This document shows, one piece after another, positions 38,079 to 48,325 of a DNA stretch of 64,000 nucleotides. Below the pieces are notes generated by a model. It was given only the letters and a program-made list of their open reading frames with translations, ran no database searches and was not told the DNA's origin. Source of the stretch: an uncultured delta proteobacterium (GTDB lineage Bacteria; Myxococcota_A; Polyangia; Fen-1088); contig CAWAKD010000007.1 of assembly GCA_963782545.1 (NCBI GenBank), positions 1,574,026-1,638,025 of the forward strand, written 5' to 3'. Numbering within the stretch: the first letter of the stretch is position 1; each line of letters opens with the position of its first letter. Made by a program: the position numbers and the translations under genes.

Positions 38079-39736
38079 CGCGGCAGAAAGAATCGAACTA
38101 CGTCGTTCTTGAGTGCGAACAGCACCAGCACCACGACGACCACGACGCCGATGTAGGTGGTGATGGCGCGTGCCCGCGCCGAGGGCGGACGCCGCTTGAA
38201 CAGTTCGATGGTGAAGAACAGCAACAATCCGCCGTCGAGAATCGGGATGGGAAGGAAATTGAGCAGACCGATGTTGATGCTGAGCAGGGCCATGAGCCAC
38301 AGGTACTGGGCAAGCCCCTGCTCCGCGGCGACGCCGGCGGCGTAGCCGATAGTCAGCGGCCCGCCGAGGGACTTGGGCGACATTTCCCCGCGAATGATCT
38401 GGAAGAAGCCCTGCGCGGTGAAGGTCACGATTTCTCCGGTTCGGGTCAGGGCGTGGCCGAGGGCGTAGAGGAAGCGGTTGTGGATCGGAACCGGATCCGC
38501 CGTCTTCCAGGCGAAGCGGTTGGTCGCGCCGAAGACCAGGCGTTGCTCCTCCTGGCGGTAGGCGTCGAGCTCGGAGCGCAATTCCTGCTTGAAGGTGGCC
38601 TCGCGACGAATCCCGCCGGGCGACAGCCACACGATGCGAAAGGTTCGTTCGGGTTCGGCGGCCAGGCGCTGGCGCAGAAGGTTCCAGTGCAAGATGGGCT
38701 GGCCGTCGAGCTCGAGAAGCTGATCGCCACGACGCAGCCCGATCCGATCCGCCGGGCTGCCCGGCTCGACCGAGTAGACGAAAAGCTCGGAGGACTGGAT
38801 CCCGGTTTCGTAGTGTCTTTCGCCGGTCGGCGACAGAATGGGCTGCGGGATGACGACGGCGGAGCCCGGCTCTTGGATTTCCACGTGAACGAATGGCACG
38901 ACCGATTGGCTGCCGCGCAAGTAGGTGATACGCAGCGGGGAGGCGCCGGCGCGAACCACCGCCCGCTCGAATTCGGCCCAGTGGGCCACCGACGAGCCGT
39001 TGACCGAGACGATGTAGTCGAAGGTTCGAAGCCCGGCCTGCGCCGCGGGCGAGGTGAGGTTGATGATGCCGACCTCGGGCAGCTGAAAGCGCGGCGAGAC
39101 CCCGATCCATCCCACTGTCTCGTTGAGGTTGAGCGGTCCCTTGCGCACGGTGGTCGCCGGGGTGACGTCGCGCTCCTCGGCGACGTTTCCGCGACGGATA
39201 CCAAAGCGCATGGTCTTGCCGGGGGAATCCTCGATGATGTGCTCCAGCTCTTCCCAGTAACGAACGACGTGACCGTCCACCGTATCGACCCGGTCGCCGG
39301 GAAGGAGGCCGGCCTTGTCCGCGGGCAGTCCGGCGATCACCGTGCCAATGGTTGGCGAGAGCAGGGTCTTTTGTCCCACGTAGTGAACGAAGTAGATCCC
39401 GACCGGCAAGAGCAGGTTGAAGAGTGGCCCCGCCACGACGATGGCGTAGCGCTGCCAGAGCGGACGCGCGTAGAGCGCCCGTTCGTAGTCATGCTCGGGG
39501 ACCGCTTCGTCGGGATCCTCGCCGAGTAGGCGCAGATAGCCACCGAGCGGGAAGAGCGAAAGCCGGTACTCCGTCGCACCGGCGGTAAAACCGAACAGAC
39601 GTGGCCCGAACCCGAGCGAGAAGCGCAGTACCTTGACGCCGAACAGCTTGGCCACCAGAAAATGGCCCAGCTCATGGGCCAGGATCAGCACGCCGAGGAG
39701 CGCGATCACGGCCGCGGCCCACAGGGTCAGGGTCAC
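38075..39736 (-). CDS. rseP: RIP metalloprotease RseP with three PDZ domains
   Basis: HELGH, FSLGFG, PLGGY, AGPLFN, three PDZ motifs (PADKAGL, PAAQAGL, PADRIGL), LNFLPIPILDGG. Confidence 0.95.
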   Translation of the reverse strand: MTLTLWAAAVIALLGVLILAHELGHFLVAKLFGVKVLRFSLGFGPRLFGFTAGATEYRLSLFPLGGYLRLLGEDPDEAVPEHDYERALYARPLWQRYAIVVAGPLFNLLLPVGIYFVHYVGQKTLLSPTIGTVIAGLPADKAGLLPGDRVDTVDGHVVRYWEELEHIIEDSPGKTMRFGIRRGNVAEERDVTPATTVRKGPLNLNETVGWIGVSPRFQLPEVGIINLTSPAAQAGLRTFDYIVSVNGSSVAHWAEFERAVVRAGASPLRITYLRGSQSVVPFVHVEIQEPGSAVVIPQPILSPTGERHYETGIQSSELFVYSVEPGSPADRIGLRRGDQLLELDGQPILHWNLLRQRLAAEPERTFRIVWLSPGGIRREATFKQELRSELDAYRQEEQRLVFGATNRFAWKTADPVPIHNRFLYALGHALTRTGEIVTFTAQGFFQIIRGEMSPKSLGGPLTIGYAAGVAAEQGLAQYLWLMALLSINIGLLNFLPIPILDGGLLLFFTIELFKRRPPSARARAITTYIGVVVVVVLVLFALKNDVVRFFLPR

Positions 39737-39833
39737 CCGCGGACCTCGCGTCCGGATCGATGCACCCTGCGCGCGCTGGCTGCCATGGCGAGGAGACTCT
39801 TAGCACGGCCGCGGCCACGCGGACATGTCGTAG

Positions 39834-39860
39834 CTAAAGCACCGCCGTTCGGTGCTTTAG
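39834..39860 (-). terminator. Stem-loop overlapping the stop codon of the upstream lipoprotein gene
   Basis: Perfect 11-bp stem CTAAAGCACCG-ccgtt-CGGTGCTTTAG; no clear U-tract. Confidence 0.55.
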
Positions 39861-41278
39861 AGCCCAGCCTGCTGTTTGGCGAAATCCGCCAGAGTCGTGC
39901 TCCCCGCCGACACCGTGACCGAGGCTGGGATCGCGTCGATCCGCCAGGCGATGGTCCACGATAGACTTCCGCCAGCCGGAATCGAGGTGTAGGGGCCCTG
40001 CACCTCCAGCTCGAGGAAGCCCGACGAGCCCGTCGGCCCCGGGTAGATCTCGTCTTGCCCTTCGCCCGGCGCCTGCGCGCTGGCCGGCGTGTTGGTGAAC
40101 TTTCGCAGGAACAGATTTCCGCCAAGAGCATAGGCAGACCAGCCGCCCGAACCGTCGGCGATGGCCTTCTCGCCGCTCGCGCTCGTGGCCGACTTGGATG
40201 CGTCGTCGAACCAATCAATGCCCGCGGTCTCGGTCATGGTGAGTGGGCCCTTCGCCAGTGACGTGCCGGCCGGGAAGAAGGCCAGGCCCCCGCGCGGGAC
40301 TCGGCAATCCTCCCAAGGGGCCGCCTGGACCGCCTTGGTTGCCTTGAGGGTGTAGGCGATGGTGATCCAGCCCGTCCCGGAGTCGGCCGAAAAGTCTTTG
40401 CTCACACTGACGCCAAGAAAAGCGTAGGACGCGCTGTCGAGCACGAGGTGGCTACCGGAAATTCCTCCGGTGTAGGGCTGGCTGTCAAGCGCCGCGGGCG
40501 GAGGCCAGAACTTGTCCCAAGCACTTTGCGGGCTCGGCCAGAACAAGGCACCCCAGGTGGTGTTGTCCGTGTCCGTGGCGGATTTTGCCGCGATCATGTT
40601 GGCCCCGCCGAGCGACAGCGTCGCCACCCTGGCGCCCACTTTCGGATCCACTTCGAAGACCACGTCGCCGAACGCGAAGCGGTCCCTTCCGGTACTCGCA
40701 ACCGTCGTGGGGACAACGGGACCCGAGGTCGAGCCGCCGGTTCCGGTAGCGCCGCCGAATCCCGTCCCGCCCGTCGCAGCGCCGCCGGCTCCGGCAGCGC
40801 CGCCAGTGCCTTTGCCACCTGTTCCGCTGCCGCCCGTGCCGGTGGCTCCGCCAGAAACACTGCCGCCCACGCCCGCACCGCCAAGTCCACCGCCGCCGGC
40901 CCCCCCGGTGCCCGTTCCGCCGGACCCGCTGCCGCCCGTGCCGGCGCCGCCGCTCGCAGTCGTGCCACCGCTGGCCACGATGGTGGATCCTCCGGAGCCG
41001 ATTCCACCCGACCCCGCCCCACCGCTCGATGAGCCGCCTTGCCCTCCCGTCGAGCCGCCCCCCTGACCGGAGACGGTCGACGAACCTCCGCTCCCGCCGA
41101 GTGCAGTGCCAGTCGCTCCACCCGCTCCACTGCCGCCGATGCTTCCTGCGGAACCACCGTTTGCGGCACCGCCACCCGCACCTCCCGAATGACTTCCTGT
41201 ACCGTCAGCTTTCGAACAAGCAAAACCTGTCCAGCAACAAACTGCCAACACTGCAACGACACCTAAATGTCTGGTCAT
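39857..41278 (-). CDS. Gly-linker lipoprotein with a DUF4380-like (galactose-mutarotase-like beta-sandwich) domain
   Basis: Lipobox GFAC and a ~160-aa Gly-rich linker. 'GARV..L', 'WG..FWPSPQSAW..WPPP..LD', 'APWE..RV', 'ELEVQGPY'. Confidence 0.75.
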   Translation of the reverse strand: MTRHLGVVAVLAVCCWTGFACSKADGTGSHSGGAGGGAANGGSAGSIGGSGAGGATGTALGGSGGSSTVSGQGGGSTGGQGGSSSGGAGSGGIGSGGSTIVASGGTTASGGAGTGGSGSGGTGTGGAGGGGLGGAGVGGSVSGGATGTGGSGTGGKGTGGAAGAGGAATGGTGFGGATGTGGSTSGPVVPTTVASTGRDRFAFGDVVFEVDPKVGARVATLSLGGANMIAAKSATDTDNTTWGALFWPSPQSAWDKFWPPPAALDSQPYTGGISGSHLVLDSASYAFLGVSVSKDFSADSGTGWITIAYTLKATKAVQAAPWEDCRVPRGGLAFFPAGTSLAKGPLTMTETAGIDWFDDASKSATSASGEKAIADGSGGWSAYALGGNLFLRKFTNTPASAQAPGEGQDEIYPGPTGSSGFLELEVQGPYTSIPAGGSLSWTIAWRIDAIPASVTVSAGSTTLADFAKQQAGL

Positions 41279-41418
41279 GACCGCTCCCTTGCTCTACGCG
41301 AGCCAAAATACACGCTGTTCGGGCCTGGCAACATCTCATAATTGTGCTTTTCTGTGGGCGCCAACGCTCGCACACGTCGCTTGTGGACCACTGCGTGCAG
41401 CGGCAGTAAGATCTGCGC

Positions 41419-42237
41419 GTGAAGAAAGCTGGAGCCTTCACCTTCCAACTCACCCGCGAGGGCATCGAAGCCCGCCTGGGCGAGATGGAGAAGAAGATGG
41501 ATCGTCTCCGCTCGATGTACGAAGCCTACTTCATGGGCATGGAACGCATCCCGCCCAACACGGCCCGGCGCGAGATGAACCGGATGATGCTGGAGATGCA
41601 GCAGGTGTCCATCACGAATTCGGCGCTTCGCTTCCGCTTCCAATCCTTGAGCCAGAAGTGGGTGCTACAGATAACCTACTGGAACCGCACCATGCGCGAG
41701 ATCGAGGCCGGCACGTTCCGCCGCGACCTGGCCAGGACGCAGCGCCATCTGGCCGAGCGTGGCGGCGCGATCACGGAGGAAGAAGCGCTGGCCCTAGGCA
41801 TTCCCAAGAGTCGGGTCAAGGCCTTCGTGGCACACCAGCAACGCAGAGCCGCCAAGAAGCCTTCGGGCGAACATCGCACGGAGCCAGGGCCGGAGATGCA
41901 TGCGCCGACCGCCGCGCCGGTCCAGCGCTCCGGCCCCCCGCCGATTCCCGCGTCCGCCCGTCGCTCGCCGAGCCCGGAGGCCGCCGCCCCGCCCGCGCCT
42001 CCTCTGACCGGCCTCGCGGATGACGACTTCGAGGGCGCCTACCAGCGCTACATGGCGGCCCATCGCGATCTCGGGATCGAAATCCAGGCGGTTTCGAAGG
42101 AGAAGCTGCGCCGTCGCCTGGGCAAGCAGTTGCCCAGGATCCTCGAAGAGCAGGGATGCGAGCGCGTGCGACTCGAGGTCGCAGTGGAAGACGGCAAGGT
42201 TCGCGTGCGCGCGTGGCCAGTCGCGAGAGAAGCCTGA
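41419..42237 (+). CDS. MXAN_5187 C-terminal-domain-like protein
   Basis: 'LRSMYEAYFMGMERIPP', 'NSALRFRFQSL...YWNRTMREIEAGTFRR', 'Y.RYMAA...G', 'V.LEVAVEDGKV'. Confidence 0.75.
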   Translation: MKKAGAFTFQLTREGIEARLGEMEKKMDRLRSMYEAYFMGMERIPPNTARREMNRMMLEMQQVSITNSALRFRFQSLSQKWVLQITYWNRTMREIEAGTFRRDLARTQRHLAERGGAITEEEALALGIPKSRVKAFVAHQQRRAAKKPSGEHRTEPGPEMHAPTAAPVQRSGPPPIPASARRSPSPEAAAPPAPPLTGLADDDFEGAYQRYMAAHRDLGIEIQAVSKEKLRRRLGKQLPRILEEQGCERVRLEVAVEDGKVRVRAWPVAREA

Positions 42238-42282
42238 CAGGCGACACACGACAGGTCGTGCTGCGCCGCCAGTCGTAGGTTT

Positions 42283-42744
42283 TCACCTGGACGCGCGGGC
42301 CTTCGCCTCGCGTTCGACGGAGGCGAACATGGCCGGCAACGAGAGCGCCACCAGCCCATCGGTGATCTTACGCAGGAGAAAATCCGGAAGCGGGGCCGAG
42401 ATCTCCATGGCCACCCGATATTCCACTCGCGCGCCGTCGCCATCGGGCGAGAAACGCCAGCCACCTTCGGAATTTCTCACCACCTCGCCCTCGACGTAAC
42501 GCCAGTCGACGATCATTCCGTCGGGGTCGCAGTCGAGGTCGAGGACATAGCGAAAAGGCAGCACGATGTCGCCGCGAAACTCCGCGCGCACGCGCTTGCC
42601 CTCGGTGGAAAGAACGCGCGCGGCTTTGATCTCGCGAAACAGGCGCGGGTAGGCCGGGAAATCCACCACCACCGCATAGACCTCGGCCGGTGAAATCCCT
42701 CGCATGACGGCGGTTCTTGTGACTGGAACGAGCGGGTCCGGCAC
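42283..42744 (-). CDS. SRPBCC/START (polyketide cyclase/Coq10-like) protein
   Basis: 'SPAEVYAVVVDFPAYPRLF', 'VDWRYVEG', 'NSEGGWRF', 'VEY'. Confidence 0.8.
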   Translation of the reverse strand: MPDPLVPVTRTAVMRGISPAEVYAVVVDFPAYPRLFREIKAARVLSTEGKRVRAEFRGDIVLPFRYVLDLDCDPDGMIVDWRYVEGEVVRNSEGGWRFSPDGDGARVEYRVAMEISAPLPDFLLRKITDGLVALSLPAMFASVEREAKARASR

Positions 42745-42840
42745 GGCATGACCTTAGCCCATGGCGTTCCGGAAGCAATGCTTCACTTGGCCACGCTTTT
42801 CGGATCGCATCGATTATAGTTGCCGGGCACAAGGCAATCC

Positions 42841-43719
42841 ATGTCCAGCTCCCGCACAATCGCCTGGCTTGCAATGGCCGTGGCACCGCTCACGATCGAC
42901 GCTGGCTGCTCGCACCACGAAAGCTCGCCGTGCGCGTGGTGCGATGCCGGCCTGCCGGACCGGAGCAGCGATCCGCCAGGCAAAGAGACCACGCCGATTG
43001 CCGACGCGGAGCCCGAAGCGGCGGCTTTCGATCAAGCCGAGTCCCTCGACGAGGAAGTCCAGACGGACCAAGCGGAACCGTCCGCAGTCGACGGATCCCA
43101 GGACGGTCCCGGCGGCGAGGCGGCCGGTCCATCCCCTGTGCCCGACGGTGGAATTGTGCTCGTCGACGACTTTGAAGACGGCAACCTCGGCGCGTGGCGG
43201 ACCACGGACAAGAACGATGCCGGTATGCAGGACTCGGACTGGTCGGTGATCCAGGGCGACACCGGGTCGGTCTATTCGGAGGGTGCTCTCGACGACAGCG
43301 AATGGCACATCGCCTACGCCGGCGTGGACGCCATCACCGACCAGATCGTCGAAGCCAGGATGCGGGTCGTCGATTTCTATGGCGCCACACCCTCGTACGT
43401 TGCCGCGCTCTTCGCCCGCTACGATCCGTCGACCGACAGCGGCTATTTCCTGGCTCTGCGTGGCGACGGATCGGTCATCATTCGCAAGCGCGTACACGGC
43501 AAGAGCGCCTCGTGGGCCTCCGGCGTCGACGCGAACATCGTGCCCGGCGTATGGCACACCGTCCGGCTGGAAGTCTTGGGCGACACCGCGAACGCCTTCC
43601 TCGATGGCGAGCTGGTGTACTCGGTGATCGATAGCGACCCGATTGCGGCGGGCACCGCGGCGCTCGGAACCTATGGTGCGACCATCGAGGTCGACAGCAT
43701 CTTGCTGGCGCAACCCTGA
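42841..43719 (+). CDS. Lipoprotein with an acidic linker and a concanavalin-A-like beta-sandwich domain
   Basis: Signal ending DAGC. 'DDFEDGNLGAW', 'VEARMRV', 'LFARY...YFLAL', 'WHTVRLEVLG...FLDG', 'DSIL'. Confidence 0.7.
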   Translation: MSSSRTIAWLAMAVAPLTIDAGCSHHESSPCAWCDAGLPDRSSDPPGKETTPIADAEPEAAAFDQAESLDEEVQTDQAEPSAVDGSQDGPGGEAAGPSPVPDGGIVLVDDFEDGNLGAWRTTDKNDAGMQDSDWSVIQGDTGSVYSEGALDDSEWHIAYAGVDAITDQIVEARMRVVDFYGATPSYVAALFARYDPSTDSGYFLALRGDGSVIIRKRVHGKSASWASGVDANIVPGVWHTVRLEVLGDTANAFLDGELVYSVIDSDPIAAGTAALGTYGATIEVDSILLAQP

Positions 43720-43733
43720 TTCGTAGGCTCTAG

Positions 43734-43894
43734 CAGCCCGTGGCAAAAGTCTCCGCGTCGCCGTTCGGGCGGTTTCTAGCCCGTCTGCGGCGTCGCCGCT
43801 CGCTTGAATACCTTCAGTATTCGGCGCTTCGCTGCTCCTTGCATCCGGGCCGAACCCACTCCGAACGGCTCGGTCCGACTTTCGCCACGGGCTG
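43734..43894. mobile_element. 161-bp MITE (IS5-family-like non-autonomous element) flanked by CTAG
   Basis: TIRs CAGCCCGTGGCAAAAGTC / GACTTTCGCCACGGGCTG match at 17/18. CTAG at 43730-43733 and 43895-43898. Internal palindromes CCGTTCGG/CCGAACGG and GAATAC/GTATTC. Confidence 0.8.
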
Positions 43895-44719
43895 CTAGGA
43901 CGGCTTCTTGCGGATGCCGAGCAACTGATTGAGGGAACCCGAGGAGAAGCCGGCCAGATCCAGGGCCACGAAGGTGAAGCCGAGATCGCGTCCCAGTTTC
44001 AAGATCGCGCCGCGAATCTCGGGCGCGACGGCACGGGCAAGGGCCTCGGACTCCAGCTCCAAGCGCGCGATCTCGCCGTGCCAGCGCGCGCGCACCTGAC
44101 GGAAACCGAGAGCGCGCAGACCGTCTTCCATCTGATCGACCTGGCGCAGACGCTCGGGGGTGATTTCGGTGCCGTAGGGAAAGCGCGAGGACAGGCAGGC
44201 AAGCTGCGGCTTGTCCCAGGTCGAGAGCCCCAGCTCTTTCGACAGCGCGCGCACCTCGGCCTTCGACAAGGTCGCGTCCACCAGCGGCTGGCGCGCGCCG
44301 TGATCCTTGGCGGCTTGCAAGCCCGGCCGGTAGTCGCCGAGGTCGTCGGTGTTGGTGCCGAGCAGGATCTCGTGCAGGCCCAGGCGTTGGGCGAGCGGTT
44401 TCGCCAGATCGAGCAGTTCGTCCTTGCAGTAGTAGCAGCGATCTTTGGGATTGCCACGGAACTCGGGACGTGCGAGCTCGTGCGACTCCGTCACCTCGGT
44501 GCGCGCGCCAATCTCGGCGGCCAGCTCCAGCGCCGCCTTGCGCTCGCTGGCGGCCATGGTGGGCGATAGCGCGACCATGGCCACGCAGCGCTGGCCGAGC
44601 ACCTCGTGCGCAACCTTGAGCAGCAGGGTGGAATCGACGCCGCCCGAGTAGCAGACCAGCGCGGACCCGCAGTCTGCAATCAGACCGCGCAACCGGGCGT
44701 GCTTTTCGGCGAGGGTCAT
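43895..44719 (-). CDS. larE: LarE-family ATP-dependent sulfur transferase (PP-loop)
   Basis: 'YSGGVDST', 'NPKDRCYYCK', 'GTNTDDLGDYRPG', 'WDKP..ACLSSRFPYG', 'GF.SGSLN'. Confidence 0.92.
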   Translation of the reverse strand: MTLAEKHARLRGLIADCGSALVCYSGGVDSTLLLKVAHEVLGQRCVAMVALSPTMAASERKAALELAAEIGARTEVTESHELARPEFRGNPKDRCYYCKDELLDLAKPLAQRLGLHEILLGTNTDDLGDYRPGLQAAKDHGARQPLVDATLSKAEVRALSKELGLSTWDKPQLACLSSRFPYGTEITPERLRQVDQMEDGLRALGFRQVRARWHGEIARLELESEALARAVAPEIRGAILKLGRDLGFTFVALDLAGFSSGSLNQLLGIRKKPS

Positions 44720-44751
44720 CACCTTCTTTATAGCGCAGAAGATCGGGTGAG

Positions 44752-46071
44752 CTAGCCCGCTGCGGCCGTTGCCTCGTCACCGCTGTGATGGAAGGGCGCT
44801 ATGAGGGTGAAAAGGATGGATGGCGACGCCGCCAGCAGCACGATGATGAAGTAGGTCTGGTAGCCGACCGCCTGCTGGATGTAGCCGCTCACCGCGCCCG
44901 TGACGGTCATGCACATGCTCAGGCCGAATCCCGTGGCGAACGCGTAGTGCGCCATCCGGTACGGCCCGGGCGCAATCTGCTGCATCATATAGACCATGTG
45001 ACCGACGGCGCCGATGCCCCAGCCCAGTTTCTCGACGCAGAAGATGAAACCGATGATCCACAGGCTTTCCGGTTGAAACCAGCCCAAATATAGGAACGTC
45101 ACGTTAGGCACGTTGAGAAACAGGCACAGAATCAAGAGGGATCGCTTGAGGCCGCGCTTGGCCACGAACCAGCCGCCAGCGAGCGAGCCGGCAATGAAGG
45201 CCGCAGTCGCGATGCCATTCAGGATGCCGAGCTGACTGTTGTCGAGCCCGAGCCCTCCATGCACGCGCGTGTCGAGCAGGAACAGCGTCGAGACCTTGTC
45301 GAGCAGGCCAAGACCGAAGCGATAGAAGAAGGCGAAGCCGATCAACTTCCACACGTCCTTCTTCTGGAAGAAGGTGACGAAGACGCGGCCGAACAGAACC
45401 ACACCTTCGCGCAGCGTCTTCGGGGCATCCGCCGCCTTGGAACCTGGGGGCAGGAAAGCCGTGTGCCACAGGGCCATGCCCACCATCAGGGCTGCAAGCA
45501 GGATGAAGGTGATGAGCCAGGCCGAGGTGTAGGCCGCAACCGGCGGCTTGGCCGCCCCACTGGTTTCACCGGCCAGCTTGCCGACGAGCAACACCAGCGC
45601 GCTGCCGGCCACGATGGGGCCAATGCTCCAGCTCATGCTCTGCACCCCGAGAAGGCAGCCATGTGCTTGTTGCTCAAGGTGGTCACGTAGACGCCGTCGG
45701 TCACCAGGTCCTGCGTGGCGCCTGCCAACGCCGCCACCATCAGCAGGATCACCGCGGGCACGATGAAGGCTGGCATCTTGAGCGCGGCGGCCATGCGCCA
45801 GGAACACGCCGGCCAGGATGAACTGCATGAGCACCACGAAGAACTTCTTGGTCTTGCCGAGCTCGAGCAACGGCGCCCACAGGGGTTTGAAGGTGAAGGC
45901 AAACCCCGTGAGGCTCGAGTACAAGGCCGACTGGTCGTTGGGCAGGCCCAGGTTCGCGAACATGATGTTCGCCGCCGTGGTGACCATGGTGTACACGGTC
46001 CCCATGGCGAAATAGCTGGTCGGCACCCATAGGATGGGGTTCTTGTAGCTCGGCTTTGCGTCGGTGTTCAT
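44752..46071 (-). CDS. ampG: AmpG-like MFS permease; two compensating frameshifts (~45797 and ~45650)
   Basis: 'WVPTSYFAMG', 'KPLWAP', the alternate-frame segment 'GATQDLVTDGVY', 'FFYRFG', 'AHYAFATG'. Confidence 0.75.
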   Translation of the reverse strand: MNTDAKPSYKNPILWVPTSYFAMGTVYTMVTTAANIMFANLGLPNDQSALYSSLTGFAFTFKPLWAPLLELGKTKKFFVVLMQFILAGVFLAHGRRAQDASLHRARGDPADGGGVGRRHAGPGDRRRLRDHLEQQAHGCLLGVQSMSWSIGPIVAGSALVLLVGKLAGETSGAAKPPVAAYTSAWLITFILLAALMVGMALWHTAFLPPGSKAADAPKTLREGVVLFGRVFVTFFQKKDVWKLIGFAFFYRFGLGLLDKVSTLFLLDTRVHGGLGLDNSQLGILNGIATAAFIAGSLAGGWFVAKRGLKRSLLILCLFLNVPNVTFLYLGWFQPESLWIIGFIFCVEKLGWGIGAVGHMVYMMQQIAPGPYRMAHYAFATGFGLSMCMTVTGAVSGYIQQAVGYQTYFIIVLLAASPSILFTLIAPFHHSGDEATAAAG

Positions 46072-46400
46072 GGCGGCGAGGACGGCGATGATACGCGGTT
46101 GCGCAAGTTCAACAAGCCCCCGTTCGCTCGATCTCGAGCTCTATCGACGGGTGGACGAGCAATTCTATCCACGCCCGATCACGCAACGAGCCATCGAATT
46201 CCTCCTCTCTGGGCGCTCTCCGCCGCGATCGCGGGCACCGGAGCTTGTGATCGCAAGCACCGCATCTGCACGCCCACGCCTCGAAGGAGGTGATTGGCAA
46301 ATGAAAGTCTCGCGCCAGCTGCTACTTTCTAGGTCTGGTGTTTTTGCGCGCTTTTGGTAGCATGCGCCCCGATTTACCTGCCCCAACTGATGAGGTTCTC

Positions 46401-47402
46401 ATGAAGATGTCAATCCGTGGTGTGTCGTGCTTGATGACAGGAGCCGCGCTCGTGATGTTCGCGTTCCTGTCACCCAACTGCTCCCCCACCGGTGGTGCCG
46501 TTTCCGAAGGCGGCAGCGGTGGCAACGGCGAGAACGGCGGATCCGGCGGCAACAGCGGATCGGGCGGCACCACCAACTCGGGCGGGACCACCAGCTCCGG
46601 CGGGACCACCAACTCCGGCGGGACCACCAGCTCCGGCGGCAGCAGCGCCAAGGGCGGCACCACCAGCTCCGGTGGTAGCAGCGCCAAGGGCGGATCGGGC
46701 GGGAGCAACAGCTCGGGCGGCGCCACCAGCGCGGGAGGCGCCACCAGCGCCGGCGGGACCACCACCGCAAGCAACACCAACACCTCGACCGGTACCAGCA
46801 CCAGCACCGCCACCAACACCGGCAGCACCGTGACGTTCAGTGCCGGCAAGGGACAAGGGGCCATGACGGGCTACGGATGGGTTGCTCTTGGTAGCGCGGA
46901 CACCGTTACCGACCCGACCTGCGGCGCATCCAAGACGCCCATCACGAGCGCCGCGGCATGCGCAGCCGATACCCAGTGGTCGGCAACCGACAAGCTCTGC
47001 ATTTCGGGTTCGATCCCAGCCCTGGACGCCACGAACCCTGACTACAGCGGCAACTACGGAGTGGAGGTTGGCGTGAATTCCGCCGATCCCGCCGGCGGGG
47101 GTCTTGGTCAGACCTTCTCCACCATCACCATTACGGTGTCGGGGTCGCCCTCGACCGGCCTACGCGCTCTGCTCCACCGGAAAGGCGATACCGATGCTAC
47201 GAACTACTGCCTCGCCTACGCCTCCGGGGCCATGACACTCACCAGTTTCAACACCAAGTGCTACGATACACCGGCCGACGGGACGGCGCTCACCTCGGCG
47301 GACGTGACGAACATCGACCAGGTTGCCATCCAGGTTCCGTCGACCAGCTCGCCCATCACCGTGACCAGCCTCTGCATCACGGGCATCACATTCGGCAAGT
47401 AG
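46401..47402 (+). CDS. Secreted (lipo)protein with a (S/N)SGGTT-repeat linker and a Cys-containing putative carbohydrate-binding domain
   Basis: Hydrophobic signal then Cys; 18-bp repeats. C-terminal domain 'GYGWVALG...CISG...YC...FNTKC...CITGITF'. Confidence 0.7.
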   Translation: MKMSIRGVSCLMTGAALVMFAFLSPNCSPTGGAVSEGGSGGNGENGGSGGNSGSGGTTNSGGTTSSGGTTNSGGTTSSGGSSAKGGTTSSGGSSAKGGSGGSNSSGGATSAGGATSAGGTTTASNTNTSTGTSTSTATNTGSTVTFSAGKGQGAMTGYGWVALGSADTVTDPTCGASKTPITSAAACAADTQWSATDKLCISGSIPALDATNPDYSGNYGVEVGVNSADPAGGGLGQTFSTITITVSGSPSTGLRALLHRKGDTDATNYCLAYASGAMTLTSFNTKCYDTPADGTALTSADVTNIDQVAIQVPSTSSPITVTSLCITGITFGK

Positions 47403-47457
47403 TCCTCGCCTCCTGACTTCATCGCGAGGGGGCGCGTCGGAGCCCCACCTTCGCTGC

Positions 47458-48310
47458 CTAGAGCGGCTCTAGCTGCGCCAGCACCGACGCAAGGTTCTCG
47501 CGCCAGTCGGGCATGGGTCCGAGCATGGCTTCGGTCTTGGCGAGGTCGAGCACGCTGTAGGCGGGGCGCGGCGCGGGGCGCGGGAACTCGGCGGTCGTGC
47601 AGGGTTCGACCGTGCACGCGCGTCCTAGCATCTCGGTGATGGCGCGGGCGAATTCGTACCAGGTGCATTCACCACCGTCGGTGACGTGGAAGGTGCCGGT
47701 TGCGCCGCGATCGAGCAACGCCAGCGCGGTTCGGGCCAGGTGTTCGGCGCTGGTGGGGCGGCCGCGCTGATCGTGGACCACTTTCAAAGCAGGCTTGTCG
47801 CGCGTGAGCTTGGCCATGGTGCGCACGAAGTTGTTGGCCCAGGGTGCGTACAGCCAGCTCGTGCGCACGATGAGGTGCCGGGCTCCGCTGCGCACGGATG
47901 GCGTCCTCACCCGCGGCCTTGCTGCGGCCGTAGACCCCGAGCGGCTGCGTGGGTGCGTCCGCCTAATAAGGGCGTTCGGCGTTGCCCGCGAACACGTAGT
48001 CGGTGCTGAAATGAACCAGGGGAATGCCCGCGCGCTTGCACGCCTCGGCCAGCACGCGCGGCGCGGTCGCGTTTCCGCGCATGGCTGCTTCCTCGTTGGT
48101 CTCGGCGCCGTCGACGTTGGTGAAGGCGGCGCAGTTGACGAGCGCCTGCCAGGACTTCTCGAAGGCCGACGCGACCTGCGCGGGCTCGGAGGCGTCGAAC
48201 TCGGGCAGGTCGAAACCTTGGTAGGGCCGCTTCTCGCGCTCGAACAATTCGCGAAAGGCACGGCCGAGCATGCCGCGATCGCCAACGAGGAGGATGGGCG
48301 CGCTTGTCAT
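47458..48310 (-). CDS. rfbD: dTDP-4-dehydrorhamnose reductase, interrupted by an in-frame TAG (47963-47965) and a frameshift at ~47890 (pseudogene or sequencing error)
   Basis: 'GDRGMLG', 'NCAAFTNVD.AE', 'STDYVF', 'PY*AD...YGRSK', 'RTSWLY', 'DQRGRPT', 'RPAPRP.YS.L'. Confidence 0.85.
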
Positions 48311-48325
48311 CCGATCATCCAATCC

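Noticed and set aside
19340-47965. Genome-wide TAG reassignment or pyrrolysine
   Set aside because: Many genes here end at TAG at their expected C-termini (ackA, pta, larE, rfbC, crtE, crtB), and no pyl genes were seen.
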